Shown here in pieces: positions 15,425 through 23,545 of a stretch of DNA of 59,767 nt. Source of the stretch: Patescibacteria group bacterium UBA5738 (GTDB lineage: Bacteria > Patescibacteriota > Minisyncoccia > Minisyncoccales > UBA5738); assembly GCA_002419295.1 (NCBI GenBank), contig DIFW01000016.1, positions 9,043 to 68,809 of the forward strand, written 5' to 3'. Under the pieces are notes generated by a model. The model was given only the letters and a program-made list of their open reading frames with translations, did no database searches and was not told where the DNA came from. The position numbers and the translations under genes were made by a program. The stretch's first letter is position 1. The number at the start of each line of letters is the position of its first letter.

Positions 15425-15456
15425 CCTCCCCGCCCTGGCGGGGGTGGTTTATTTTT
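15425..15456 (+). terminator. Orphan intrinsic-terminator-like hairpin
   Basis: CCTCCCCGCC-ctg-GGCGGGGGTGG is followed by TTTATTTTT. No annotated gene ends just upstream. Confidence 0.4.
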
Positions 15457-15551
15457 ATCGGCCGGCAATCACCAATCAAACTTGCCAAATCGTTGAAACA
15501 AGCCGTTAATAAATCTGTTGAAATCAAATATCAACAGCTTTATCGGTGGAG

Positions 15552-16400
15552 ATGAAAATCAGAGAAATAAAAGTTGGATCAGCTTTAACTAAATCCGGGT
15601 TGCCGGATGCGAAGTGGGCGGTGAACCCTTATGTGGGCTGTGTTTTCGGGTGCAAATACTGCTACGCGGCGTTTATCGGCCGCTGGAAACATCCTGGCGA
15701 GGAGTGGGGCGAGTTTGTGGATGTGAAAATAAATGCGCCGGAAATTTTAAAAACAGAACTGGAAAAATTAAACAAAAAATTTCAAAACAAAGATTCTGGT
15801 TCCATATTTTTTTCTTCGGTGACTGATCCTTATCAGGGAATTGAGGCCAAATACCAAATCACGCGCCAATGTTTGCGGGTTTTGGCGGATTTCGGTTACA
15901 AAGGTGAAATATCAATTTTGACCAAATCGCCGCTGGTTTGCCGCGATATTGATATTTTCAAAAAATTTAAAAAAGCAAGTGTTGGTTTAACAATCACTTC
16001 GATTGATGATGAGGTGTCGCAATTTTTGGAAAACAACGCGCCGCCGGTTTCGTTGCGCTTGGGGGCGTTAAAAGAACTGTGTCGCGCCGGTATTCCAACC
16101 TATGCGTTTGTCGGCCCGCTTTTGCCTTATTTCACTGCCCGCGCCGATAAACTGGAAGAGCTTTTTACGGAATTGAAAGAAAGTGGCGTGGCCGAGGCAT
16201 ATGTTGAGCATATCAACCTGTCGCCCAAAATCCGCCAACGGCTATTTGAATATCTGGCTAAAACACCAGAATTGATTTCTTATTTTAAAAAAGCTCAAAC
16301 CGATGAATATCGCCAAGAGCTGGAAAAAATAATTTACCCGATAGCCAAAAAATCCGGCATTAAAATTATCGGCGGCAAAATTTTGCACCATGGGAAATGA
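15552..16400 (+). CDS. Radical SAM protein, SplB/COG1533-like (DNA-photolyase-like family)
   Basis: The CX3CX2C motif lies in NPYVGCVFGCKYCYA, with family-typical SSVTDPYQ and ILTKSPL. An SD (GGTGGAG) precedes the ATG at 15552. Confidence 0.8.
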   Translation: MKIREIKVGSALTKSGLPDAKWAVNPYVGCVFGCKYCYAAFIGRWKHPGEEWGEFVDVKINAPEILKTELEKLNKKFQNKDSGSIFFSSVTDPYQGIEAKYQITRQCLRVLADFGYKGEISILTKSPLVCRDIDIFKKFKKASVGLTITSIDDEVSQFLENNAPPVSLRLGALKELCRAGIPTYAFVGPLLPYFTARADKLEELFTELKESGVAEAYVEHINLSPKIRQRLFEYLAKTPELISYFKKAQTDEYRQELEKIIYPIAKKSGIKIIGGKILHHGK

Positions 16401-16530
16401 TTCTATATTTTTAGCTATGGCTGAATTTATAGAATACATTGTACAATGTTACGAGGTGGGCGGATGCATACACGGTTGTTTTTTATTTTAAATGGAGTAG
16501 AATGGAGTATTGCGGATAAAGAGAGATGCT

Positions 16531-17577
16531 ATGCAGGATTTGGATTTGGAGAAAATTAAAGTTGAAGCAAAGGGAGAAATTGAAAACGCCGGCGATTTGG
16601 CCGGGCTTGTTTTGATTGGCAAAAAATATTTGGATAAAGACGGGGTTTTGGGCGAGTTTTTTAAATCATTGGGAAAATTGTCAAAAGAAGAACGGGCCGA
16701 GGCGGGCGTCAAAGCAAACGAAATAAAACAATATCTTGCCGCGGTATTTGAAGCGAAATCGGGCGAGTTGGAAGCGAAAAATATTGAGCAAAGCGGGCAA
16801 AATTTTTTTGATACCACCTTGCCGGGCGTTGCGCCGGCCGTGGGACATTTGCATCCGTTCACCTTGATTGAACGCGAAATCGGCGAAATTTTCAGCGGCA
16901 TGGGATTCGAGATCGCGGAAAGCCGCGAAATTGAAACCGAGTGGTATAATTTTGATGCGTTAAATGTTCCCAAGGACCATCCGGCGCGCGATGAGTTTGA
17001 TACGCTCTTTATGGAAGGTGGGTTGTGTTTGCGGCCGCACACCAGCCCGGGACAAGTGCGCTACATGGAAAATCACCAGCCGCCCTTGCGGATTATCGTG
17101 CCCGGAAGATGTTTTCGGCGCGATGCCGTGGATGCGTCCCATATGCCCAATTTTTATCAAGTGGAAGGATTAATGGTGGATAAGGGTATTTCGGTGGCTA
17201 ATTTCAAGGCGGTGATTGATGAATTCTTCCGGCGGTTTTTTGGCGGTGCAGCTGATTCCAAAAAAGCCGGCGGCGGCGGCAATATCCGTTTGCGCCCATC
17301 GTTTTTTCCGTTCACCGAACCGTCGTTCGAGGTTGATTTGCGGTGCGTGAATTGCTCAGGCTCGGGATGTTCGGCGTGCAAGGGGACGGGCTGGATGGAA
17401 GTGATGGGCGCGGGCATGGTCCACCCGGCGGTGCTGAAAAACTCCGGCGTGGATCCAAGCCGATGGCAGGGGTTTGCTTTCGGCATCGGCATGGATCGTT
17501 TGGCGATGATCAAGCATAAAATCAACGATATCAGATTATTTTACGGGGGCAACCAACGCTTTCTAAACCAATTTTAA
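16531..17577 (+). CDS. pheS: Phenylalanine--tRNA ligase alpha subunit
   Basis: HPARDEFDT, LRPHTSPGQVR, FRRD and the class II motif 3 region GFAFGIGMDRLAM are present. Confidence 0.95.
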   Translation: MQDLDLEKIKVEAKGEIENAGDLAGLVLIGKKYLDKDGVLGEFFKSLGKLSKEERAEAGVKANEIKQYLAAVFEAKSGELEAKNIEQSGQNFFDTTLPGVAPAVGHLHPFTLIEREIGEIFSGMGFEIAESREIETEWYNFDALNVPKDHPARDEFDTLFMEGGLCLRPHTSPGQVRYMENHQPPLRIIVPGRCFRRDAVDASHMPNFYQVEGLMVDKGISVANFKAVIDEFFRRFFGGAADSKKAGGGGNIRLRPSFFPFTEPSFEVDLRCVNCSGSGCSACKGTGWMEVMGAGMVHPAVLKNSGVDPSRWQGFAFGIGMDRLAMIKHKINDIRLFYGGNQRFLNQF

Positions 17578-17608
17578 ATAATTGAATTTGATTTTTCAAT
17601 TTTGCATT

Positions 17609-19645
17609 ATGCTGTTTAGTTTTGAGTGGCTTCAATCATTTTTCAATAAAAAACTGCCCGAATCGCACCAGCTGGCGCGGTTGGTTTTGTCGCGGGGTTT
17701 TGAAGTGGAAGGAATTAAAAAAACCGGTAAAGACTGGCTTCTGGATATTTCCATTTTGTCCAATCGTCCCGACTGTTTGTCGCACATTGGAATGGCGCGC
17801 GAGATTGGCGCGATTTTGGGTTTAAAACCGAATTTTGCCAAACCGAAAGCGGTCAAATCCAAAAACCAAATCGCGGCCAGATCGCTGATCGCAGTGGAAA
17901 TTCAAGACCAAAAAATTTGTCCGCGCTATACCGCGATGGCGGTGGCGCAAACGAAGGTGAAGCCGTCGCCCGGCTGGATGGCGCGGCGCCTTGAAGCGTG
18001 CGGATTGCGGGCAATCAACAATGTGGTGGACGCGACCAATTACGCGATGCTGGAAACCGGCCAGCCCTTGCACGCGTTTGATTGGGACAAGCTGGCGCAA
18101 GGGCGCGCCAAAGCCAAAAAGATTATTGTCCGAACAGCCGAAAAAGGCGAAAGCATTAAAACTTTAGACGGAAAAATTTTTGATTTACAACCATGGATGG
18201 CGCTTATCGCCGACGAATCCGGACCCCTGGCGCTGGCCGGGATCAAGGGCGGCAAACGCGCCGAAATTGACGCGGATAGTTCAACCATTATCTTGGAATC
18301 GGCCAGTTTTGACGCGCGTACTATTCGCCATACCGTGCGCCATTTGGGATTGAGTACGGACGCGTCCTATCGTTTTGAGCGCAATATTGACGCTTCCGGC
18401 ACTCTTTACGCGGCACAAAGGGCGGCGGAATTGATCGCGCTTACCGGCGGCGGCCGTGTTTTGGCCGGCGCGGCAGACAAATATTTCAATCCCGCCAAAC
18501 CGAAAAAAGTGATTTTAAATCTGCCGGTCGCGGAAACTCTGCTGGGGGCTCCGATACAGACCGCGGCGGCGAAAAAGTATCTGGAAGCGCTCGGGTTTTC
18601 TTCGCGCAAAGCCGGACGCGATGAATTAGAAATCACCGTTCCTCCCCGCCGCGCCGATGTTGCCATCGCTCAAGACATAGTCGAAGAAATCGGCCGGATT
18701 TTCGGTTATGAGAAAATAAAACCGGAATTTCCATGCGTTGAAATTTTGCCGCCCGGCAAAAATTATTTTTGGCAACAAAAAAACGCGGCCAGGGACGCGA
18801 TCGCCGCGGCGGGCTATTCGGAAACCCGCAATTATTCTTTTATTTCAGCAAAAGATTGCCAAAATTTTAATGTTGAGACGGCGCGGTTGCTGGAAATTAC
18901 CAACCCGATAAACGCCGATTTGCGTTTTCTGCGCCCGGCGTTGCTTATCAATCTTTTGAAAAACTTTTGCGCCAACCGTGAATTTGAAAATTTGCGCCAA
19001 TTTGAGATCGGCAAAATATTCGCCAAGGACCGGCGCGACGAACCCACAATGCTGGCCGGCGCGGCGAGGAATAGCTCCTTTCGCGAAGTAAAAGGCGCGT
19101 TGGAATTTTTAGCTTCTCGTTTGCGCGTTAGCAATTTCGCGATTGTTCCGCTTGAAAGCGAAAAGGATCCATGCGATGATTTTTTTGATTCGTCTTGCCG
19201 CGCGCGAATTTTAGCCGGCAAAACTCATATTGGCGCGCTGGGGCGTTTACACGGCCGGATCGCCCTGAATTTAGGCATTGAGCCGCCGATGGTTTTTGAA
19301 ATGGATTTTGGCTTGTTGGCGAAAAACATCGCGGAAAAAATCATTTATCAGCCTTTGCCGGAACATCCCAAGTCGGTGCGCGATATTTCCGTGGATATGC
19401 CGGCGCGAACTTTTTCGGGGGATGTGGTTGAGGCGGCGCGCGCGGCGGACGATTCGCGGTTGATCGAATCTTTTGAAATTCCCGGCGAACCCTATTATTA
19501 TCCGGGCAATAAAAATAAGAATATTCTTTTCAGATTCCATTTGCGTTCGGATGAGAAAACGCTTTCCGGCCAAGAAATCGAAAATTGGCAAAAAAACGCC
19601 ATCGCCGCCATTGAGCGCAATCCCGAATGGCGCGTCAAAAAATAA
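17609..19645 (+). CDS. pheT: Phenylalanine--tRNA ligase beta subunit (lacks the N-terminal OB/EMAP tRNA-binding domain)
   Basis: MLFSFEWLQSFF...EVEGIKK runs straight into LDISILSNRPDCLSHIGMAREI. B3/4, B5 and FDX-ACB-like regions follow. The gene is adjacent to pheS. Confidence 0.9.
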   Translation: MLFSFEWLQSFFNKKLPESHQLARLVLSRGFEVEGIKKTGKDWLLDISILSNRPDCLSHIGMAREIGAILGLKPNFAKPKAVKSKNQIAARSLIAVEIQDQKICPRYTAMAVAQTKVKPSPGWMARRLEACGLRAINNVVDATNYAMLETGQPLHAFDWDKLAQGRAKAKKIIVRTAEKGESIKTLDGKIFDLQPWMALIADESGPLALAGIKGGKRAEIDADSSTIILESASFDARTIRHTVRHLGLSTDASYRFERNIDASGTLYAAQRAAELIALTGGGRVLAGAADKYFNPAKPKKVILNLPVAETLLGAPIQTAAAKKYLEALGFSSRKAGRDELEITVPPRRADVAIAQDIVEEIGRIFGYEKIKPEFPCVEILPPGKNYFWQQKNAARDAIAAAGYSETRNYSFISAKDCQNFNVETARLLEITNPINADLRFLRPALLINLLKNFCANREFENLRQFEIGKIFAKDRRDEPTMLAGAARNSSFREVKGALEFLASRLRVSNFAIVPLESEKDPCDDFFDSSCRARILAGKTHIGALGRLHGRIALNLGIEPPMVFEMDFGLLAKNIAEKIIYQPLPEHPKSVRDISVDMPARTFSGDVVEAARAADDSRLIESFEIPGEPYYYPGNKNKNILFRFHLRSDEKTLSGQEIENWQKNAIAAIERNPEWRVKK

Positions 19646-19754
19646 GTTTTTTATTGTTTATGCCTTTTGAGAATCCTCAATTGAATTGTTCGACTGGTGA
19701 AAATCCCTCAAAAACTCCGATTAACAATATTTTAGCAAAAATTAATTAAAAATT

Positions 19755-21686
19755 ATGACAAGTAAGGGCAAAGAAAAAGATAAAAAAAACGAATCTTATA
19801 GCGCCAAGGATATTTCGGTGTTGGAGGGGTTGGAGCCGGTGCGCAAGCGTCCGGGAATGTATATCGGCTCGACCGGGCTGGACGGATTGCATCATTTGAT
19901 TTGGGAAGTGGTGGATAATTCTCTGGATGAGGCGATGGCGGGTTATTGCAAAAATATCGATGTGGTTTTAATGCCCGATGACCGCGTTCAGGTGAAAGAT
20001 GACGGGCGCGGCATTCCGGTGGATATTCACCCGCAGAAAAAAGTTTCAGCGCTGGAAATTGTTTTGACGACTTTGCACGCGGGCGCCAAGTTTGAAAATA
20101 AGGCCTATCAGGTATCGGGCGGTTTGCACGGCGTTGGCGTATCGGTGGTTTGCGCGCTTTCGACATGGTCAAAAGCGGAGGTTTGCCGCGATGGCGGATT
20201 GTATATTCAGGAATATGACCGCGGCAAGCCGCGGGCCGCGGTAAAAAAGATCGGCAAGTGCGATGGCCATGGAACGACGATAACTTTTGATCCCGATCCG
20301 CAAATTTTCAAGGAAATCAAATTTGACGCCAAAAAAATCATCACTCATTTGCGCCAACAGGCCTATCTGACGAAAGGAGTGAAAATCAATGTCGTTAATA
20401 AGTCCGTAACACCGGAAATGTCCTATTCGTTTTATTTTGAGGGCGGACTTTACTCGTATGTGCAATACCTTACGCGGGGCAAGAATTCTTTGCATCAAAA
20501 TGTTTTCTACGCGACGGGCGATAAAAACGGAGTGAATGTGGAGGTGGCGTTTTTATATACCGACGAATTCGAAGGAATGGAACAGAGCTTTGCCAACAAT
20601 ATCGTAACCAACGAAGGCGGCACGCATTTAACCGGTTTTCGCGCCGCCACCACGCGCGTTTTCAACGACTATGTGCGCAAAAACAATATTTTAAAAGCCA
20701 ACGATGACAATTTGGCCGGAGAGGACTTGCGCGAAGGGCTTACCGCCGTGGTTTCGGTCAAGATCGGCGAGCCGCAGTTTGAAGGGCAAACAAAAGGCAA
20801 GCTGGGCAATCCCGAAGCAAAAAGCGCCGTGGAAGGAGTGGTGTCTGAAGCTTTAACCGATTTTTTGGAAAGAAATCCGGCCGACGCGCGTGCGATTCTG
20901 GAAAAATGTATTTTATCGCATAAAGCGCGCAAGGCCGCCAAAGCCGCGCGCGAAACCGTTTTGCGCAAAGGCATTTTGGAGGGATTGTCATTACCCGGGA
21001 AATTGGCGGATTGTACTTCGCGATCCGCCGAAGAATCGGAAATTTATATCGTCGAAGGCAATTCCGCCGGAGGATCGGCCAAGCAGGCGCGCGACCGGCG
21101 GTTTCAGGCGATTTTACCTTTGCGAGGGAAAATTTTAAATGTAGAGCGGGCGCGTTTGGATAAGATGCTTGAATCCAAAGAAATCAAATCGCTTATCATC
21201 GCGCTGGGCACGGCCGTGGCCGATGACTTCAATCTGGAAAAATTGCGCTATCAGCACATCGTGATTATGGCCGATGCCGATACGGACGGCGGCCATATCC
21301 GCACATTGCTATTGACCTTATTCTATCGCTACTTCAAGCCGATTATTGAAAAGGGATACCTTTACATCGCTCAGCCGCCGCTTTATAAAATGGCCGCGGG
21401 CAAGGAAATTCGCTATGCCTACACCGAAGACGAAAAAGACGGAATCATAAAAACTTTTAACAAGCCGGGGATGAGCATTCAGCGCTATAAAGGTCTGGGG
21501 GAAATGAACGCTCAAGAGTTATGGGAGACCACGATGAATCCGCGCAACCGGGTGCTGTTGCAAGTGCAGGTTGAGGACGCGCAGGAAGCCGACGCGACAT
21601 TCGATATGTTGATGGGCGACGAGGTGCCGCCGCGCAAAAAATTCATCCAAACATGGGCCAAAACCGTGAAAAACCTTGACATATAA
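19755..21686 (+). CDS. gyrB: DNA gyrase subunit B
   Basis: LEGLEPVRKRPGMYIGST, GGLHGVG, the Toprim motif EIYIVEGNSAGGSAKQARDR and PLRGKILNVE are present. Confidence 0.97.
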   Translation: MTSKGKEKDKKNESYSAKDISVLEGLEPVRKRPGMYIGSTGLDGLHHLIWEVVDNSLDEAMAGYCKNIDVVLMPDDRVQVKDDGRGIPVDIHPQKKVSALEIVLTTLHAGAKFENKAYQVSGGLHGVGVSVVCALSTWSKAEVCRDGGLYIQEYDRGKPRAAVKKIGKCDGHGTTITFDPDPQIFKEIKFDAKKIITHLRQQAYLTKGVKINVVNKSVTPEMSYSFYFEGGLYSYVQYLTRGKNSLHQNVFYATGDKNGVNVEVAFLYTDEFEGMEQSFANNIVTNEGGTHLTGFRAATTRVFNDYVRKNNILKANDDNLAGEDLREGLTAVVSVKIGEPQFEGQTKGKLGNPEAKSAVEGVVSEALTDFLERNPADARAILEKCILSHKARKAAKAARETVLRKGILEGLSLPGKLADCTSRSAEESEIYIVEGNSAGGSAKQARDRRFQAILPLRGKILNVERARLDKMLESKEIKSLIIALGTAVADDFNLEKLRYQHIVIMADADTDGGHIRTLLLTLFYRYFKPIIEKGYLYIAQPPLYKMAAGKEIRYAYTEDEKDGIIKTFNKPGMSIQRYKGLGEMNAQELWETTMNPRNRVLLQVQVEDAQEADATFDMLMGDEVPPRKKFIQTWAKTVKNLDI

Positions 21687-21822
21687 AATCGCTTTTAATG
21701 TTCATACCAAAAATCAAAAACTTTTTAATCTTAAAAATGGCGGGAGTTTTACTTCCGCCATTTTTTGTTTGGAGTTTTTGAGAGATTGCGGTAAAATAAA
21801 AGATAATCAAAAAGTTAAATAT

Positions 21823-21987
21823 CTTGAATTACGAAACCGTGGTTTTGTATTTATTCTCCCTTTATTAAAGGGAGCACTTTGAGCGAAGCGAGAAGGAGGG
21901 ATTTGAATTTAAAATCCTCCGTCTCTCACAAAGCTTCGGGGCACCTCCTTTTTCAAAGGAGGAATAAATTCGTTTCGCAATTCAAAG
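21823..21987 (+). other. Structured 165-nt element: 15-nt terminal inverted repeats enclosing three CCUCC/GGAGG hairpins (ncRNA or MITE-like)
   Basis: The ends are cttgaattacgaaac (21823-37) and gtttcgcaattcaaag (21972-87). Internal hairpins lie at 21856-74, 21895-920 and 21944-62. Confidence 0.4.
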
Positions 21988-22010
21988 CAATAATTGGTTG
22001 AATAATCAAA

Positions 22011-23513
22011 TTGATAAACAATAACCAAACAACAAATAATACGGTGGGAATTAAAAAAATTTTTCGGGAGGCTACAATCGCGCTGGTTGCCGCGATAATT
22101 TGCGGGAGCGCGGTTTGGGCGGGAAGTTTGACGCCCGGCGCGGGTCCGGCGGCCGGCGGCTACACCCTGGAAGATATTTATAATCGGCTGAACACCAACG
22201 CGGCGGCAACCGCGGGAAGCCACAGTTTTTCGCCATCGGGAACTCCTTCGGAATCAATGTATTCGCTGACGCAAATCTACGATAAAATTCCCACCATTGA
22301 CGGATCGAAAATTCTTGCCGGTACCAACTATCTGGGCGTGGCCGGCGTGATTGCCGATTGTTCAAATGAAGGAGGGAACGGCTGTTATGCCAACAGTGGC
22401 TATTGGACGGCCGCGGCGGGAAGCAATGTTTCGGGCGGCGCGGGATTGCTGACATTTAATATTCCCGACGGGTATTATTCGGGCAAAACCGCTACGGCGG
22501 TGGACGCGGATTTGATTTCGGCCAACATTAAAAACGGAATTAACATTTTTGGCGTGGACGGTAACGGCAATGTGGCGGACACTTCCAGCGGTGATGCCGT
22601 CGCCGGCGATATTTTGAGCGGTAAAACCGCGTGGGTGGACGGCACGGAAATTACCGGCAGTTATTCGCCCGCGGGTTATATTTGGACCAAGGCGGGCGCG
22701 GGTTCGTGGCAAGGCGTCAACGAAAATTTGGATTGGGTGCGGGGTATCGGCGATTGGGACTGGTGGGCCAGTCAGACATATTCTTATTGCGGGGAGGTCG
22801 CCTGTACTAATGACGGGTTATTAAAGAGCGCGGCCAGTTATATCGGGCCGCCGGGCGGCTGGAACGGTTCCAATGATTATGACAATTTTAATAATTCGGC
22901 CCTGTATAATTACGAGGTGATCACCGCCAATGGCACGAATTTGGGCGGTTGTGTTGCCGACGCGGGCGACTTGGCGTTTCCCGATGGGTCGGTGTGGGAC
23001 AAATCAAATGCCAATCCCTATTCGGTCAAACTGGCGGGGTGTGATTCCAGCAATGCCAGTTCCACCGAAATTTGGGCGGCAGCGGGCGGGAGCGGGTCGC
23101 AATACGCTTACGCGCGCAACGCGCCTGGAGCGTTGAGTATTGCCGACGCCTGGGACGGCAAAAAGAATTTAACTACCGGCCCGAATACCACGCATCCCTA
23201 TACCAATACGGGTACAAATAATGATTATTATGACCGGCCGGCGGTGTCCTGGTATGTCGACACTGGCGATGGGATTGGATACAGCCGCTTGCCGATGATT
23301 GAAGAATACGAACAGGCGCGGCAGGGAACCTCGGATTCAACGGCGAGTTTGCTTTACGGAACGGGAAATTATTGGTCAAATTATAATTGGTCCGCCGAGC
23401 AGACTCCGAACAACACCGCTAACATCCGCTATTTTCAACCGAGTAGCGGTGTCGTGAACAACACTGGCGTCAATTACCAGACCATTCGGATGTGGGTGGT
23501 AGCGCGCCAGTGA
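22011..23513 (+). CDS. Secreted protein, tail-fibre-like N-terminal part, possible DUF1566-like C-terminal domain
   Basis: This 500-aa ORF has the anchor ATIALVAAIICGSAVWA and motifs TLEDIYNRL, IKNGINIFGVDG and ILSGKTAWVDGTEITG. The C-terminus reads GYSRLPMIEEYEQA...YWS...IRMWVVARQ. The start codon is uncertain (TTG at 22011 or GTG at 22044). Confidence 0.7.
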   Translation: MINNNQTTNNTVGIKKIFREATIALVAAIICGSAVWAGSLTPGAGPAAGGYTLEDIYNRLNTNAAATAGSHSFSPSGTPSESMYSLTQIYDKIPTIDGSKILAGTNYLGVAGVIADCSNEGGNGCYANSGYWTAAAGSNVSGGAGLLTFNIPDGYYSGKTATAVDADLISANIKNGINIFGVDGNGNVADTSSGDAVAGDILSGKTAWVDGTEITGSYSPAGYIWTKAGAGSWQGVNENLDWVRGIGDWDWWASQTYSYCGEVACTNDGLLKSAASYIGPPGGWNGSNDYDNFNNSALYNYEVITANGTNLGGCVADAGDLAFPDGSVWDKSNANPYSVKLAGCDSSNASSTEIWAAAGGSGSQYAYARNAPGALSIADAWDGKKNLTTGPNTTHPYTNTGTNNDYYDRPAVSWYVDTGDGIGYSRLPMIEEYEQARQGTSDSTASLLYGTGNYWSNYNWSAEQTPNNTANIRYFQPSSGVVNNTGVNYQTIRMWVVARQ

Positions 23514-23545
23514 TGCGATTTGACCGGTTTTGATTTTTTTTGGTT

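Noticed and set aside
15380-15450. SRP (4.5S) RNA because of a GGAAGGAA segment
   Set aside because: The flanks do not reproduce the conserved domain IV symmetric/asymmetric loops (AGCA / GGUCC-GGAA-GGA context). The match is too weak to call.
15319-15555. 78-aa ORF upstream of the radical SAM gene
   Set aside because: It has no RBS and a Trp/Arg/Pro-rich odd composition, and it overlaps GC-rich hairpins and a terminator. It is more likely non-coding.
14585-16400. Integrated prophage or ICE at tRNA-Thr
   Set aside because: The duplicated tRNA ends are only about 35 nt apart. No integrase, excisionase or phage gene follows, so only a scar or hotspot interpretation is tenable.
14843-16400. 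RiPP-type system (repeat-containing precursor plus radical SAM maturase)
   Set aside because: The repeat protein is a charged heptad coiled coil without a Cys/Ser/Thr-rich core or a recognisable leader. The radical SAM enzyme belongs to the SplB/COG1533-like type without a SPASM/RRE region that I can see. The genes are separated by about 280 nt containing a terminator.
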